DNA of 63,032 bases, the filler included, from Octopus bimaculoides (taxonomy: Eukaryota), in NCBI RefSeq assembly GCF_001194135.2. It is 4 parts of 4 records of this genome, joined end to end, with 100 filler letters (N's around TTAATTAATTAA, not from the genome) between each part and the next. Parts side by side here need not be neighbours in the genome. Positions count along the whole stretch, not along the records: positions 47,878 to 63,032 come from NC_068998.1; 3 more parts are not named here. One strand, 5' to 3'. The position numbers were made by a program, and so were the translations under genes. Positions 62,307 through 63,032 of this stretch are shown piece by piece. Within the stretch, counting starts at the first letter, position 1. Each line of letters starts with the position of its first letter. The notes below the pieces were generated by a model that saw nothing but the letters and a program-made list of their open reading frames with translations, was not told where the DNA came from and did no database searches.

Positions 62307-62894
62307 TGTGTGTGTGTGAATCATATTTCAAACAAATGACGATATGTTTATATGTTTATACATTCGATGTTTATATTATTAGCAGTTTTCGTTCATCATC
62401 TTCGCAATGAAACGCTGACGGCGTGTTTATGCTGAAATAATGAACTGCTTTTAAACTGTCATTCATTCGCTTATAAAATAGTGAAATTATTGGAAATCAC
62501 AGAACAAAAAGCAAAACAACACTAGACGGGTAGATAGATTGTTTGTTATGGTCATTAAGCCAAACAAATGAAGTTGAAATGAAATGGTCCAGTGGATGTG
62601 AGATGTTTGACCAGTGACCTATGTCTTGAGTTCAATCACCAGAGTACCCCCAAAGTGACACGCTAGCTCCCTGGGTTTTCTTTTTCTTTTATACAAAACA
62701 ACAGGAAGGATACATTACTCAGTGTAATCGTAGATATAAGCAAGGAGAGGACGGTCACTGCTTAAACAGGATTTGAATAAATGTATTTTTGTGCGTAGCC
62801 TCTGCTGAACTGCGGTTCGCGAGTGCAATTTGAGGCACAGAAGTTACGAGAAAGCCCAACGTAACTATATTTATAAATGCATGTATGTGTGTAT

Positions 62895-62940
<46 letters not shown>

Positions 62941-62972
62941 TGTGTGTGTGTGTGTATATATATATATGTATC

Positions 62973-63003
<31 letters not shown>

Positions 63004-63032
63004 TTTAATCAAAGGACATACTTAGTATGTCT

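Overview
AT-rich, gap-ridden eukaryotic scaffold with very dense microsatellites. The SINE/LINE content suggests a coleoid cephalopod (Octopus-like) draft genome; that assignment is inference. Only one host gene could be assembled: a 3-exon TTC9/TTC9C-like TPR protein gene on the minus strand (CDS 17634-17331, 14168-13986, 13237-13104; 206 aa, all introns GT-AG, phase 1). The rest is a graveyard of decayed mobile DNA. It includes four Penelope-like (PLE; RT/GIY-YIG) fragments, RTE, CR1 and CR1/L2-like LINE pieces, three restriction-like-endonuclease non-LTR clades (CRE-, HERO-, R4-like), a Tc1 transposon, a mariner MITE, a hAT transposase relic, a Helitron-type non-autonomous element and at least three tRNA-headed SINE families. 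The most interesting observations: (i) hammerhead-ribozyme-like motifs next to three PLE copies, one with a 94-nt stem-II domain; (ii) a three-copy family carrying both hammerhead half-cores in permuted order; (iii) a 106-bp duplication of the last splice acceptor of the TTC9-like gene; (iv) a C2H2 zinc-finger fragment nested in a SINE microsatellite; (v) a 67-nt near-perfect hairpin in a HERO 3'UTR; (vi) a foldback family whose inner arms differ between copies but stay self-complementary; (vii) an RFX X-box promoter candidate. Most entries in the ORF track are N-gap or microsatellite artefacts. Family assignments rest on motif recognition by eye, not database searches.
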